Shown one piece after another: positions 35,977 through 47,400 of a DNA stretch of 64,000 nucleotides. A model generated the notes under the pieces. The model did not search any database. It was not told where the DNA came from and was given only the letters and a program-made list of their open reading frames with translations. The first letter of the stretch is position 1. Every line of letters begins with the position of its first letter. The translations under genes and the position numbers were made by a program. This DNA comes from the human T2T-CHM13v2.0 reference genome, Homo sapiens. The stretch lies in the NCBI RefSeq assembly GCF_009914755.1, contig NC_060938.1. One strand, written 5' to 3'.

Positions 35977-37636
35977 AACTTTTGGAGCTACTCCTGTAGC
36001 TGAAGGAGAAGAAGGGATGGGAGCTGGCCTCACAGAGGGCTTTGTAGAGCCACGGGGCCCCAGGGTCAGACCTTGTGCCGGTCATGCCAACATCCAGGGC
36101 CACCTCCTTGCTGCTCCATCTACTGCCTCCTGTTGGGCAGCTGCAGCCAGTGCCCTTGGCCCTGCATGTTTACTCAATCATGCTACTTAGCATGTTTTAT
36201 TCAGGACACCTCTTTGGTACCAGCATCCCTACTAGCACGCTAGTCCTGTTGGGAGCAGGACCTGTGTTGTCTCAGTCATCCCTGCCTCTCTAGAACAAGT
36301 ACAGAGGCGACACACCACGGGGACTCAGGATATGTGTGATAACTGCATGAGCCTTTTCACCTTTTGAATCTCAGCAACCCTCTAAGAACAGGGACCCCAA
36401 TTCTAGCCTTCCAGACTGAGACTCAGGAGGCCTGGCTCTTGCCCTAGTCCCACCATCTGCTGACTGTGTGACTTCATCAGGTCTAGTGACATTTTCGAGC
36501 CTCAGTATCCTCATTTGGAAGACAGAGTACTGATTGTCCTCCACAGTCTTTTGCCAGGCAAGGCGCCCTTCAGGGTGCCGGGTAAGCTGTCATCTGCTTG
36601 GTAAGAGGTCATGGTGTTGAGGTAACCAAGAGACCTGGGTGCTAGACCTGGCTGTGCTCTTTCTTTGCATGTGCCTTGGGCAACTCATTTCCCTTTCTTG
36701 GACCTTGGTTTCTTCGTCTGTGAAATGTAGGTGGTTATCCGTGGCATGTCTGTCTCGCAGCATGAGAGTCCAAGGGGACGATGGCTGTAGAAGTATTTGA
36801 GACAGACAGCCTAGCACAAGCAGGAAGGGCTGTGATGGTGACTAGCAGTAAGTAGTAGTGGTTGTAGCAGCAGCAGCCGCTTGGCCACATCCCAACTGAA
36901 TAGGGAACATGCCTCCCCTGCCACAGTGTCTGAAACTCTGCAGAAAGTTTGACTGTCCATGAGCTTCCTTGAGTCGGGGGAGAACCTGCCCTGCAAGCCG
37001 GGAGGAGGCTCTTGCCCCCACTCAGCCTTTGCCTCGCATGTGGCTTTAGTTACGTTTTGTCTTCTTTGTAGGTGTTGATGTTCTAGACTCTGAAATGGCA
37101 GTGTCAGACCAGACAAGAAGCTCTCACCAGAGACAAAGTGGAAACGGAGAGCTGTTGGCGATTTAGGGGACAGCGGGGACAGGTGCACATTGCAATGTGC
37201 AGGATCATCCTGCGCAGTTAAGTCTTGTCTTGCGTGTCCCACCAAAACATGCAGTTGAAAAACTCAAGCCAGAGCTTGCTCTGTTTTAAGAAAAAGCACT
37301 TATTTTTTTAACCAGGTTTAGTATGTGCTGAATTTTCTAGGAATTTGACTACTGCATCCGTCAAAAGAAAATCATACTTAATTTTGTTTGTAACTTTACC
37401 AAGAGTTGTTTTCTGTTTCGTAAAGTCCTATCTCCAGCATCGTCACTGTGACGTTTCAGTCATCCATAGACCTCCCCTTCGTCACATCCCATTTGCAGCA
37501 GCAGCACTCCCAGTGGGTCTGTGGGTAGGTGCAAGCGTGGACCGCCTCCGTCTCCTAGTGTAGCTGGGTCTGGCCCTTTATGTGTTGTAATGCACATTTT
37601 ATTATAGACTGCTTCTCTTTTCTCTCTCCTTTGCAG

Positions 37637-37755
37637 TACATGTAAGGCATTATATCCGAATTTAGGTAGGTAGGTTATGTAATCTATGAATTTCACTTCA
37701 GGATAATGCAAGGATCATTACAAAACATTATAATAAAAAGAGGACCATCGGGCCT
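37637..37755 (+). other. Candidate cryptic exon in EVL intron 3 (29-nt poison cassette or alternative last exon)
   Basis: Strong acceptor, in-frame TAG at 37663-65, gtaggt donors, AATAAA at 37732-37. Use is not demonstrated. Confidence 0.4.
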
Positions 37756-39534
37756 GAGAGGGTTGAAGTTTTGTGAAACTCGGGCTGGTTCCTTCCTGCA
37801 TTGCATCTGTGTCTTGCCTGGTTGTCGCTTAACAGTGCCATGGAGATAGCACAGTGTCTGTCTCATTTCACAGCCAGGAAAACTGAGCCCCAGAGGGAGG
37901 AAGTTTGTACTTGGCCCAAACCACTTCCTGATATGACCCAGTCAGGAAGAGAAGCCAGGATGAGAACATGCTCCTCTTCTCCTCCAGTGCCTGGAAGTGT
38001 GGTGGGAGCAGCTTGGTCTAGCAGGAAGAGTGCATGTCCTGGAGCCGGGCTACGTTGGGTCTGTGTGACCCTGAGCAAGTCACCTCCTCCATCAGCAGGT
38101 GGAATGACACCACAGGCCCGTGGCAGTTCACATGACACGAAGATGCCCGGTGCCTGGTATGTGGCCTTCAGGGCCGTGCCCCATGCTGCTCCTCTTTTTG
38201 TCCCCACATCCAGCAGTTTTCCATTAAACCACTGTAGGTCCTCTCAGAACTTACTAGAGTCATCGTGTCATCGTCTCCCATTACTCCAGGAGAGCAGGGC
38301 CCTGGTGGCACTTGAGGCAAGACCCCAAGCTGATGGCACTCGACCACATAGTGGGAGTGAATTTTAAAGAAAATCCCCCTCAAAGCCTCTGCTGGTGTAG
38401 AAGGCAGATAGTCTAGGCCGGGGTAGGGCCAGTGAGTGGGAGCCAGGGAAGGAGGCTTGGGTGTCATGAGACTGGGTTTACATTTACAGATGACAAAACC
38501 AAGACCCAGTGAGGGGGAGGATGTGTGCAGGCCACAGGACAAGTCTGAGCAGAACCATGGCCACGCCCAACGTTCCTCCACTAGCATTCCCTCATGAAAG
38601 ATCACTTTTTCCAGGCCAAGGACCAGAAAAGGACCAGGCTTTAGGAAGAGGGCCGAGGTGCATGGAAAGCAGTGCTGGTGAGGAGAGGGTTGAGTAACTG
38701 GATTTTGACTGTTTCTTCGCATTTGGTTCTCACTAATGAAATCTTGTCAGACGTGCCCCTGCTGCTGGATTGGGTGGGGGTGGGACAGAAGCATGTGTGG
38801 TCAAAGGCAAGTTTATTTGCAGTTTGGGGGTTGAATGCAGTGGATTTCAAACTGGATATTTTGAGGAGTTCCAGGGGTCCACCAAGGTATACCAGGGTCC
38901 TCGCCCTGATGCAACCAGAGTAGTTCTTCATCGACTTTATACAGTGGGACTCTGAAGAAAAGAAAAAGGAAAACCCCATAGCTTAGTGGGAATCCGGGCG
39001 AATTAAAACACAGGATGAAGTGCTTGTTCTCTTTGGCTCTTGGAGCATAATGTATGTCCTTTTCCTACTTGGTTTGCGTGTAATAACATCATTGGTATAT
39101 TTCAAAATATGAAGCTCCTGGTGCTGGATAATAAATGTTTTCCCAGTTTTTCAACCTCTTATGTCCTTCATTGATGCCCAGTGGCCCAGGGGCTGCACCT
39201 TCAGCACAGTGTTGAGAAAGAGCCCCGGAAAGGGACTTACAGGCAGACCTTCCCGGGAAGAGTCAGGCCCAGCTCCATGTGCTCTTTGGAGGGGAGTGGA
39301 AGGTTGTTAAACCTCATAGCTCTTGGAGGTGGGGCTGAATTTTGCTTCTTGTAAACCTCTTTCCATTGGAAATTACCTCTTTCTCCCCTAAAGAGAAGGA
39401 AGTACTGGACTGTCTTCATCTCCCTGGCTGCCGAGGCCATTTGACACCTTGTGCCACCTGAGAGAAAGCAGGCCCAGCATGGCCCTGCCTGAGGGGAACA
39501 GGACGGCAAGCCCCTGGCCTCCTGCCTGCTCCCA

Positions 39535-39552
39535 GCTGCCCTCTGGCGGCCA
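39535..39552 (-). promoter_or_regulatory. Candidate CTCF site (TGGCCGCCAGAGGGCAGC)
   Basis: Near-consensus CTCF core motif. Motif match only. Confidence 0.6.
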
Positions 39553-40099
39553 CTTTCTGAAAGCCGGATATGTCTCTTTGCTGACCCACCCCTGTTCTCA
39601 CCCCAGGGCTCCAGATGTTGTATCAGGCAGGGCCTTTGTACGCCTCCATGCCAACAGCTACCCAAGTCGCACCGTCAGTCACACTCTTACTCAGGCTCTC
39701 CTGTGCCCCTGGCCCTTCTTCCCCTCTCACTTTTCCCCACACTTCTAAAATCTCACTCGTCCTGTCAGAATGTGGCTCCACAGATGGAGCCTTTCCCAGC
39801 CGCCCCGCTCCCTGTGACTTTGCACTCCCTCCTGCACTCCCACGGGGCTTTATTTTTGCCTCTGTCCTAACAGTCAGCTGCCACTTGGCCTGTCCTGCTA
39901 TTCCCACTGCATGAATCTAGTCAGGTTGGAAATTCAGAAAGTGGCCTCTTTGTCTCTGGACCCCAAAAACCCACACATCGTCTGCCTTATAAGCTCTCAG
40001 TATATCCATCCCTGGCTGCAGGAACACACCAGGACCCAGAGGCTGCCGTGCCTGGAGCCCTGTCTCCTGACTCAGCCCAGGCCCCAGCTCAGCATCGAG

Positions 40100-40560
40100 G
40101 TCCTGTGGGACCATGTCCAGCAGTGAAGGCTGTGCATTGGCCTGAGCCCCTGGTCCCTCTGACTCACTGGCTCCCATTTTCACCACCTGCACTGCATATT
40201 CTCACCGTCTCTCCCCTGACACTCTCTCCCCTGAAGTGTTGTAATGGGGTTGTAACCCATCCACCTTCTCTTGTCCTTCTTCAGTCTGTCCTCCCTGGGC
40301 TGCGTCTAAAGGGGCCCCGCCCCTGCCCTCATGCATGTTCTCTCCATACTCCTGGTCACCTTCTGCTCATCCTTTGCCCTGCTGTTGTGAAGCCTTCCCA
40401 GTGCCCCAGAAGACCTCAGGCACCCCTTCCCAGTCCTCGCACACTGTTGGTGTCCCATTTGTTTGGACCCTGGGTTTGTTTGTCTAGACTGTGAGCTCCT
40501 CGAGGGCAGGTGTCTGTTTCTGTGTCTCGGGAGCCCTGAAGAGAGACTGACACATCAGAG
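40100..40560 (+). mobile_element. L2 3' fragment hosting MIR151B
   Basis: ctagactgtgagctcctcgagggcagg.tgtctgt matches the L2 3' consensus. Left boundary approximate. Confidence 0.7.
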
Positions 40561-40562
40561 GT
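40467..40562 (-). ncRNA. MIR151B: Annotated mir-151b locus (mature UCGAGGAGCUCACAGUCU, 40503-40486), within an L2 3' end
   Basis: Reverse complement matches the recalled miR-151b sequence. The stem is short, so whether it is a real miRNA is doubtful (see findings). Confidence 0.8.
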
Positions 40563-40702
40563 GTCTGGTGACTGAACAAGCTCCCAGCTTGCGCCCATGT
40601 CATATTGTGTGCCTCTCATAGCCTGGCACTTCCTGCCATTGCATCCTTCTCTGCAGACTAAGATGGAGTTCCTGAACCAAGACCGCTTGCTGGCCAACCT
40701 GT

Positions 40703-40801
40703 GAAACTGGGCTCAAGGTGAGGGGTGCTATCTGTGATTGAGGGACATGGTTAATGGAATTGTCTCACACAGAAATCGCACCCGTCACCTTGGCCTACTT
40801 A
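40703..40801 (+). ncRNA. MIR342: pre-miR-342 hairpin (5p 40721-40741 AGGGGUGCUAUCUGUGAUUGA; 3p 40763-40785 UCUCACACAGAAAUCGCACCCGU), intronic and co-oriented with EVL
   Basis: Both mature sequences recognised. Stem pairs caaggtga/tcaccttg and gggtgc/gcaccc. CNNC (CACC 40803-06) lies downstream. Known EVL-hosted miRNA. Confidence 0.97.
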
Positions 40802-40879
40802 TCACCACCCCAAACAGAGGAACACGCCTTCTCCAGCCACAGCCTATGGAAGGGCCTTCAGCTGCTGTGGCCCCGAGGT

Positions 40880-41060
40880 GTGCATACTGTGGAAGGAACT
40901 TCGGACGTGAACTCGGATCTGGTTCCAGTACCAGCTGTGCCAGGAGTGTGCCCTTGGGCATGTCACTGACCTAAGACTCAGTTTCGCCATCTGTGAAATG
41001 GCTGAATCAGACTCACCTCACAGGGTTGTTGTGAGGGTACCATGAGATGATGTTTGTAAA
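40880..41060 (+). mobile_element. MIR immediately 3' of MIR342
   Basis: ccttgggcatgtcactgacc..ctcagtttcgccatctgtgaaatgg..cctcacagggttgttgtgagg is the MIR core. Confidence 0.8.
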
Positions 41061-41145
41061 CATTCTTTGTCACCTCTAAATTACTATAACAGTTTGAAGT
41101 TACTCTTTTTAAAAAAATTATTTGCAAAGGTAACTAACAATATCA

Positions 41146-41442
<297 letters not shown>

Positions 41443-42196
41443 CTAACAATATCAACTCCTGTGTGGTGCCAGCAGCCATCACGTTGGGACACAGAGGGAA
41501 GCCAGGCTTCTTGGATCCTGATGGTCAGAGAACACTTTCTGAGGGAAGCGGGGCTTGAACCTGGGCCCTGCAGGGCTGGGGGTGAATGGGGGGATCTGAT
41601 GAGGAGGAGGACGGCGGCACCAGCAGATCTTGGTGGTTTGGAAGTTCAAATCAAGATCTGAGAAGAGGCTCTGTCTGACCCTGGGGGTCTCCCTCGGCAC
41701 ATTGGTAGTACTGTGCATGCCTCACGGGTGCCCCTAATTTCAGAGCATCCCACCTGCATCCTGCTGCTGCCATTGTCCTCCTCAAAAGAGCTGCTGGCTT
41801 ATTGCAGTTTACATCCTAGAGAAGAGAGGTCTCCTCCTTCCACCAGTCCCAGGATTATCTCCCTAACGCTAATGGCGAGATTCCTTTGGAGTTTTAGTCT
41901 TCTGTAGATACAGCCCAGGCGCCATGTGCCCAGTCAGGGTTTGAGATAGGTGGTGGTTCATTCCCCAGCCTTGCCTCACCAGCACCTTCCTGACGCCTCC
42001 TGGTAGGGCTCAGGAAGCAGCCAGCTGAGGTGTGCCTGCCATGGTCAGCACAGTGGTTGACAGAAGTGGCACAGATTGTGGGGGCAGGTGACAGGGTACC
42101 ATGCCCTAGCTCCAGGCACCCGCTCCACCCTGTCACATGGAGCAGCTGTGAAACCTTGAGCAAGCCATTTCACCATTCTAAGCCTTAGTGTCCTCA

Positions 42197-42529
<333 letters not shown>

Positions 42530-43339
42530 TGACAACCACCTCACAGAGTTGTCATGAGGCTCAAATGATAAAATAGATGGGACTGTGATTTGTAAGCATA
42601 TGGCACAGTGAATGCAAGTTGTTCCTGGAGTGCCCAATCCCTAGATACTGGGATCTCACCCCTCAGTCGTAGCCAGAGTCATTTCATTCTGGTGTGCCAC
42701 CACCCAGAGCTAAGCCGTATACTCCTTACAGAAAGGAACAAACCCCTTCCTGGATGCTCTTGTGCCTGGATCTTGGCTCCCTGAGATTGCAGGGAGATAG
42801 CAGGAATTACTTTCTCCATTTTAAGAAGGAAGAAACAAAGGCTCACAGTGCTAAGAAACTTGCCCCAGGCCACTCTGGTGAATGCAGAGCTTAAGGCCCA
42901 GAGCCCAGATGTTCTGATTTCCAGTCCAGGTCTCTGCCCAGTGGACCAGACTGCCTCTCAAAAGACCCTGCTCAGCTGGCAGCCCCCCAGCTTTCTAAAC
43001 TATAACCCGGCTTGGTCAGAGGTTGATTATTATAAACACTTAACCTGCCCCATCTTTCTAGCCACATACCCACATCTTCGAAAGTGAGGGAAGAATTCAT
43101 TCACAGCTGTTTTCTTTTTTCCTCGCGTAGCGTGTATCATTTCTTTCCTAAGGAAGGAGTTTTACAAGTAGCCTCCTGCCAGCTTCAGCTCATATAGGAT
43201 AAAAGCCAGCTCAAATATTTTGGTAGATAACTCCGGAGACTCAGAAAGCCAACTGCTGAACTTGAGATACAGTTTCCAGTTTGAGAGTGGACAGGCTGCG
43301 AGTGTTTGAGGCCCTGCCCCCTGCCTATCTGCTGCCTGC

Positions 43340-44420
43340 CCTCTCTCATCCAGGTGTCCATGCAGCAGGGGGTTTCACAGCAGCCACTGTCTGACTGGCT
43401 TGCTCCTGCATTTAGCCCACTCTGATCCATTCCCCGCAAAGCAAGCAGACTGCATTTCACCTCTCAGTCAGGTCTCAGTCCTTGCCCAGAACTCTCTAGG
43501 ATTTTAGGCTTAACTCAGAATATAGTCCACATCCTTACCAAGGCCTGCTTAGCCCGGCATGCTGTGGCCCTGGCTGTCTTTCTGAACTCACTTCCTCCCT
43601 ACTCTCTACCTCTCCTCCTTCATCCCAGTTACGCCATGCCCCAGATGTGCCAAGCATGCTCCTAAAGTCAGGGCCTCTACACCCAAGGCCCCTTGTGCCC
43701 AGAATGTTTTCTCCCCAAAACCTCAGGGCTCCTTCCCTCACTTCTTCCGGGTGTCTGCTTATACCACGTAATCGCAGAGTTTGTCTTAAGAACGACCCAC
43801 ACACATTCCTTTAATTCTCATTCTCTGCTGTGTTTTTCTTCCTACATGTTGTGTCTTTATTTGTTGCCTGTCTCTCCTCTCTAGATTGTAAGTTCCAGGG
43901 GAGCAGTTTGTATCCACAGCTATGACCCCATCTGTGAATTACTGAGCACCTATTCTGGGCCATGCACCAGAACACAAAGATGAATAAGACTTGGTCCCTG
44001 TGTTCACAGAGCTCACAGCCAGGTGGAGAGAGAGCCTTGTCAATACAGTGTATGTTATGCTATGATGCAGAGAACACAGGGCTTCTTGCAGGGGAGGCTG
44101 TGGTGAAGGGGAGAGCTACTGGGAGAGCCCTGGGGGCGGGCATGCCTGATCTGAGTCTTAAAGGGGATGGACAGACGTTCACCAGTTAGAAGAGTAGCCC
44201 AAAAAGAAGCAAAATAGGCAACGGCACAGAGGCATGTGAACCTAGTGCTGCCATCTTGGATGCATGCGGGAGAAGAGAAAGGGGAGGCTGAGGAACAAGC
44301 AGAACCAGGCCTAGAAGGGCAGGCTTTGAGCGTAACATCCCAGGCTTAGCCTCATGCCTGGAGCTGCGAGGAAGGTCAAAGAGCAAGTGAGAGCCAGGAC
44401 TCAGATTTAACTCTTAAGTG
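43340..44420. mobile_element. Two L2 fragments, tail to tail (+ up to about 43920, - from about 43935)
   Basis: ctagattgtaagttcc.. followed by ttactgagcaccta..atgaataagacttggtccctg..gagctcacag. Confidence 0.6.
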
Positions 44421-47400
44421 GCTTCAAGTCTATATGCTCAGAACGGTGCCCGGCAGGTAGTGAGCACTCAGCGGTGGGTGTTGCTCTCATCATCTTCCTC
44501 ATGCTTCCTCTCTAGCCCCTCAGGTGCGGAAATTAAGTCCCAGTGAAAGGAAGTGAGTAGCTGGCCCAGGGTCAAAGGCCCACTAGAATCAGTCTGCTCA
44601 TCGTGTGGGGGAAGGATTTGGGCTAGGAGGAGGGAAATCAAGGAAGGAATGAGGTGCCAAGCTTCAGATGCCCCCACAAGGCAGCAAGTGTGAGGGGTGG
44701 AGGGGGGATTCCTTTGAAGTCCAGTGTTGTGCTCTTAAAATCCATGCGTATTTTGCCTATTTGAACTGGATTCCAGGGAAGGAAAGAGGGAATGATGGTG
44801 TATTCCTGAGGGAGGGTGCTAAGGGAGTTGGGACATTCAGGGAGGAGAGAGGTTTGGTGGGATTGGCTGGGAGCAGCAGTCAGGGCACCGGGACAGGCAA
44901 GTTGGAGCCTGAGAGGCCTCCAATCCCAAAGTAAGGATGAACCCAATCCCAAGCTTCCCACATGGACCAGTGGAGAACCACAGTAGTTTCCTGGCCAAGG
45001 AATGGCCTGGAAGACCAGTGCTTTCCAGAATTGACTCTGTAAGCAGACTCAGTGGGATAAGCGGAGGCAGAGAGGCCAGTTGGAGACCCTTGGAAAGCCC
45101 TTCAAGTGAGAGCATGAGGCTTGGATCTAGACAGGCCAGAGAGGATGCACCTAAGAGACAGTTTGCAGGAGAGGCAGCATTTCATGGAGTCCAGCAAGGA
45201 GCGAAGCGAAGGAGGGCCGGGGGGGAATCAAATGAGCCTTACTTCTGTGAGCGGGTGCCAACTTGGTTTTCCCATACCAAAGTTTGGGGTGGTGCCAAAT
45301 TTAGGCATGCCTCACAGGCATTCTCTGCACACTTGCTCCCTTCTGACGCCACACCTACCCTGTTCCATCCCATTGCCCACAGGGTTAAGAGGAGTGCCAC
45401 CTACAGGGTATCTCTTGGCAGACACCTGGTGTCACCAAGGCCTGTGAGCTGAGCCCCACAAGGGGTCTGGACAGTCCTCCAGGGCCAGGGCCCTGGGAGC
45501 TTGCTGGAGTCAGGTGGGCAGGAAGGTTCTGATAGGTTAGCTGAGCAGCCTCATTAAAGATTGAGGTGGGGAAGCCCACTTGATGGCTGGAAGGCGTATC
45601 AGTTACCCACTGCACCAGCCAGGCGACAGAGGAGAAGAGGTAAGTGGCCCAGTACGAGAGGTGCCCCCGGCCTGTGCCGCGGAGCCCTGCCCGTGATGGT
45701 CAGCAGGGAGTGGGCCTTCCACTGCTTTTGCTTCTGCCACTGGGACTGCACCGTGCTTTGCAGAGTGAGCTGTAGGTGATGGGAGCCCCTCTCTCTCCTC
45801 CCTGCTCCTCATGGGCCTCTCCTTTCACTCCCACCTGCTCCGGGGGTGGGGGTGGGAGTGCTGGATCTTGGGGCGAGTATCTGCCACTGACCAATTACAG
45901 GGTTTGCAATGACATCCTTGCGGAAGCGGCAGGGTGGAAGCAGCAGCTGGGTACTGGGAGGCCTGAGCTTCTGTTCCAGCAGCACCGTTCACTGGAGGCA
46001 CATGACCTCGGGTAGCTTTTCCGAGCCTCAGTTTCCCCACCTATAAAATAGGGTTAATAAGCCCAGCCATGGATGATTGGAGAGATTAGTCACAAAAAAA
46101 AAAACAATGCAGTTATGCTCAGTAAACCATTAAGCATTAAGATGTGGCAGATTTTTATTGCTATTTGTTCTGTTTGAGGTTCATTTTAAGGTTAGTTTTG
46201 TGTCCTGAAATAAGCATATTAGGAAGACAGAAAGAATATTCTGCAGGGAAAACAACTCCCCTAAGGAACACAGCCTAGTGGGCCCAAACAGTGGGGGTGG
46301 GGTGTCCTGGCCTGGAAGCTGGAGACTGGGTCTAGCCCTCCTTTCCTCATTGTGAATGTGAGCTTGGGCAAGCCCCTGCCCTTTCCCTGGGCCTCGGGAC
46401 CCCTCTACACAAGGGGTGCTTCTCGCCGGTACATGCGCAGCACCAGGCCCCCTGCTGTCCTTTGTCAGAACTCAAGCGCTTTTCCTCTCCAGTGTCTCCT
46501 TGTTAGTGCATGACTGCAAGGGCTGGGTGCTTCCCACTGTGGCCCTGGTCAGTCCCCCACTCTCTGAAGTGCCATCCCCACATCTGTAAGTGATGACCTT
46601 CTAACTTGACAGGTCTTTCAGACCCTGAGCGCCTAGACACAGCTTTACCTATTGGTCACCATGGAGCTGAGCTGTCTCTGCTAAGCCCAGGGCCAGGGCT
46701 TAGGTAGGAGGGTCTGTTGCAGGATTTCAGTGGGTCAGTTGGCTCTGGTAATCTGAGTAAGACATGTCAGCCTGCTTGAGCCTAAATTCATGTGGTAAGA
46801 ACTCAGCAGAAAAGACTAGAAAATTCACGCCGGGTTCCTTTAAGCAAGCAACTAAGCTGTCTAAGCTCGTGTTAGAATGGGGAGGGTGACAATCAGGTAT
46901 TTGTCTCCTCCTGAGCTGAGCTCGGAGGATAGGGTTCAACACTAGCTGCCTTTGTTTCCCAAAGACAAATGCAGAGCTGTTTGTTTATTAATCAGTGCTG
47001 AGCATCAGTGCACTGGGGTGGACAGAGCCCTGGGCCGGGAGACATTTGTCGTGGGCTCTGGTCCCAGCTCTGCCACCAATTCTTGTATGGCCTTGGCCAG
47101 GTGACGGTAAAGATAGTGGCCAGACCAAGCTTAGCCCAGTTCACAGACTCCATTCTCGCTTAGACACTTGCTCGCTTGGTGATAGGAATGGCACCTGTGA
47201 GGAAAGCAGGGCCTTGTAACAAGAGGGAAAGGTGTGCCGGGGATGGCCCAGTCTCACTGTAAAATGAGGGGACCCTCTGGAAAGAGGGAAAGGAGCCAGC
47301 CAGAAAGATGGCAGAGCAGGGAGGAGGCCTTAGAAGAACTTGGGACTCTGCCCAGCTCAGACCAGGTGGCTGTCGTTTGTTGGCCAGAAATTCCATCAAG

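Noticed and set aside
37051-37190. Acceptor ttttgtcttctttgtag| with about 31 in-frame codons then TAG
   Set aside because: No convincing donor or nearby poly(A) signal, and weaker than the 37637 candidate.
43880-44025. Tail-to-tail L2 junction, the configuration that gave rise to miR-28/miR-151
   Set aside because: The arms are about 120 nt apart and pair poorly by eye, so there is no credible hairpin.
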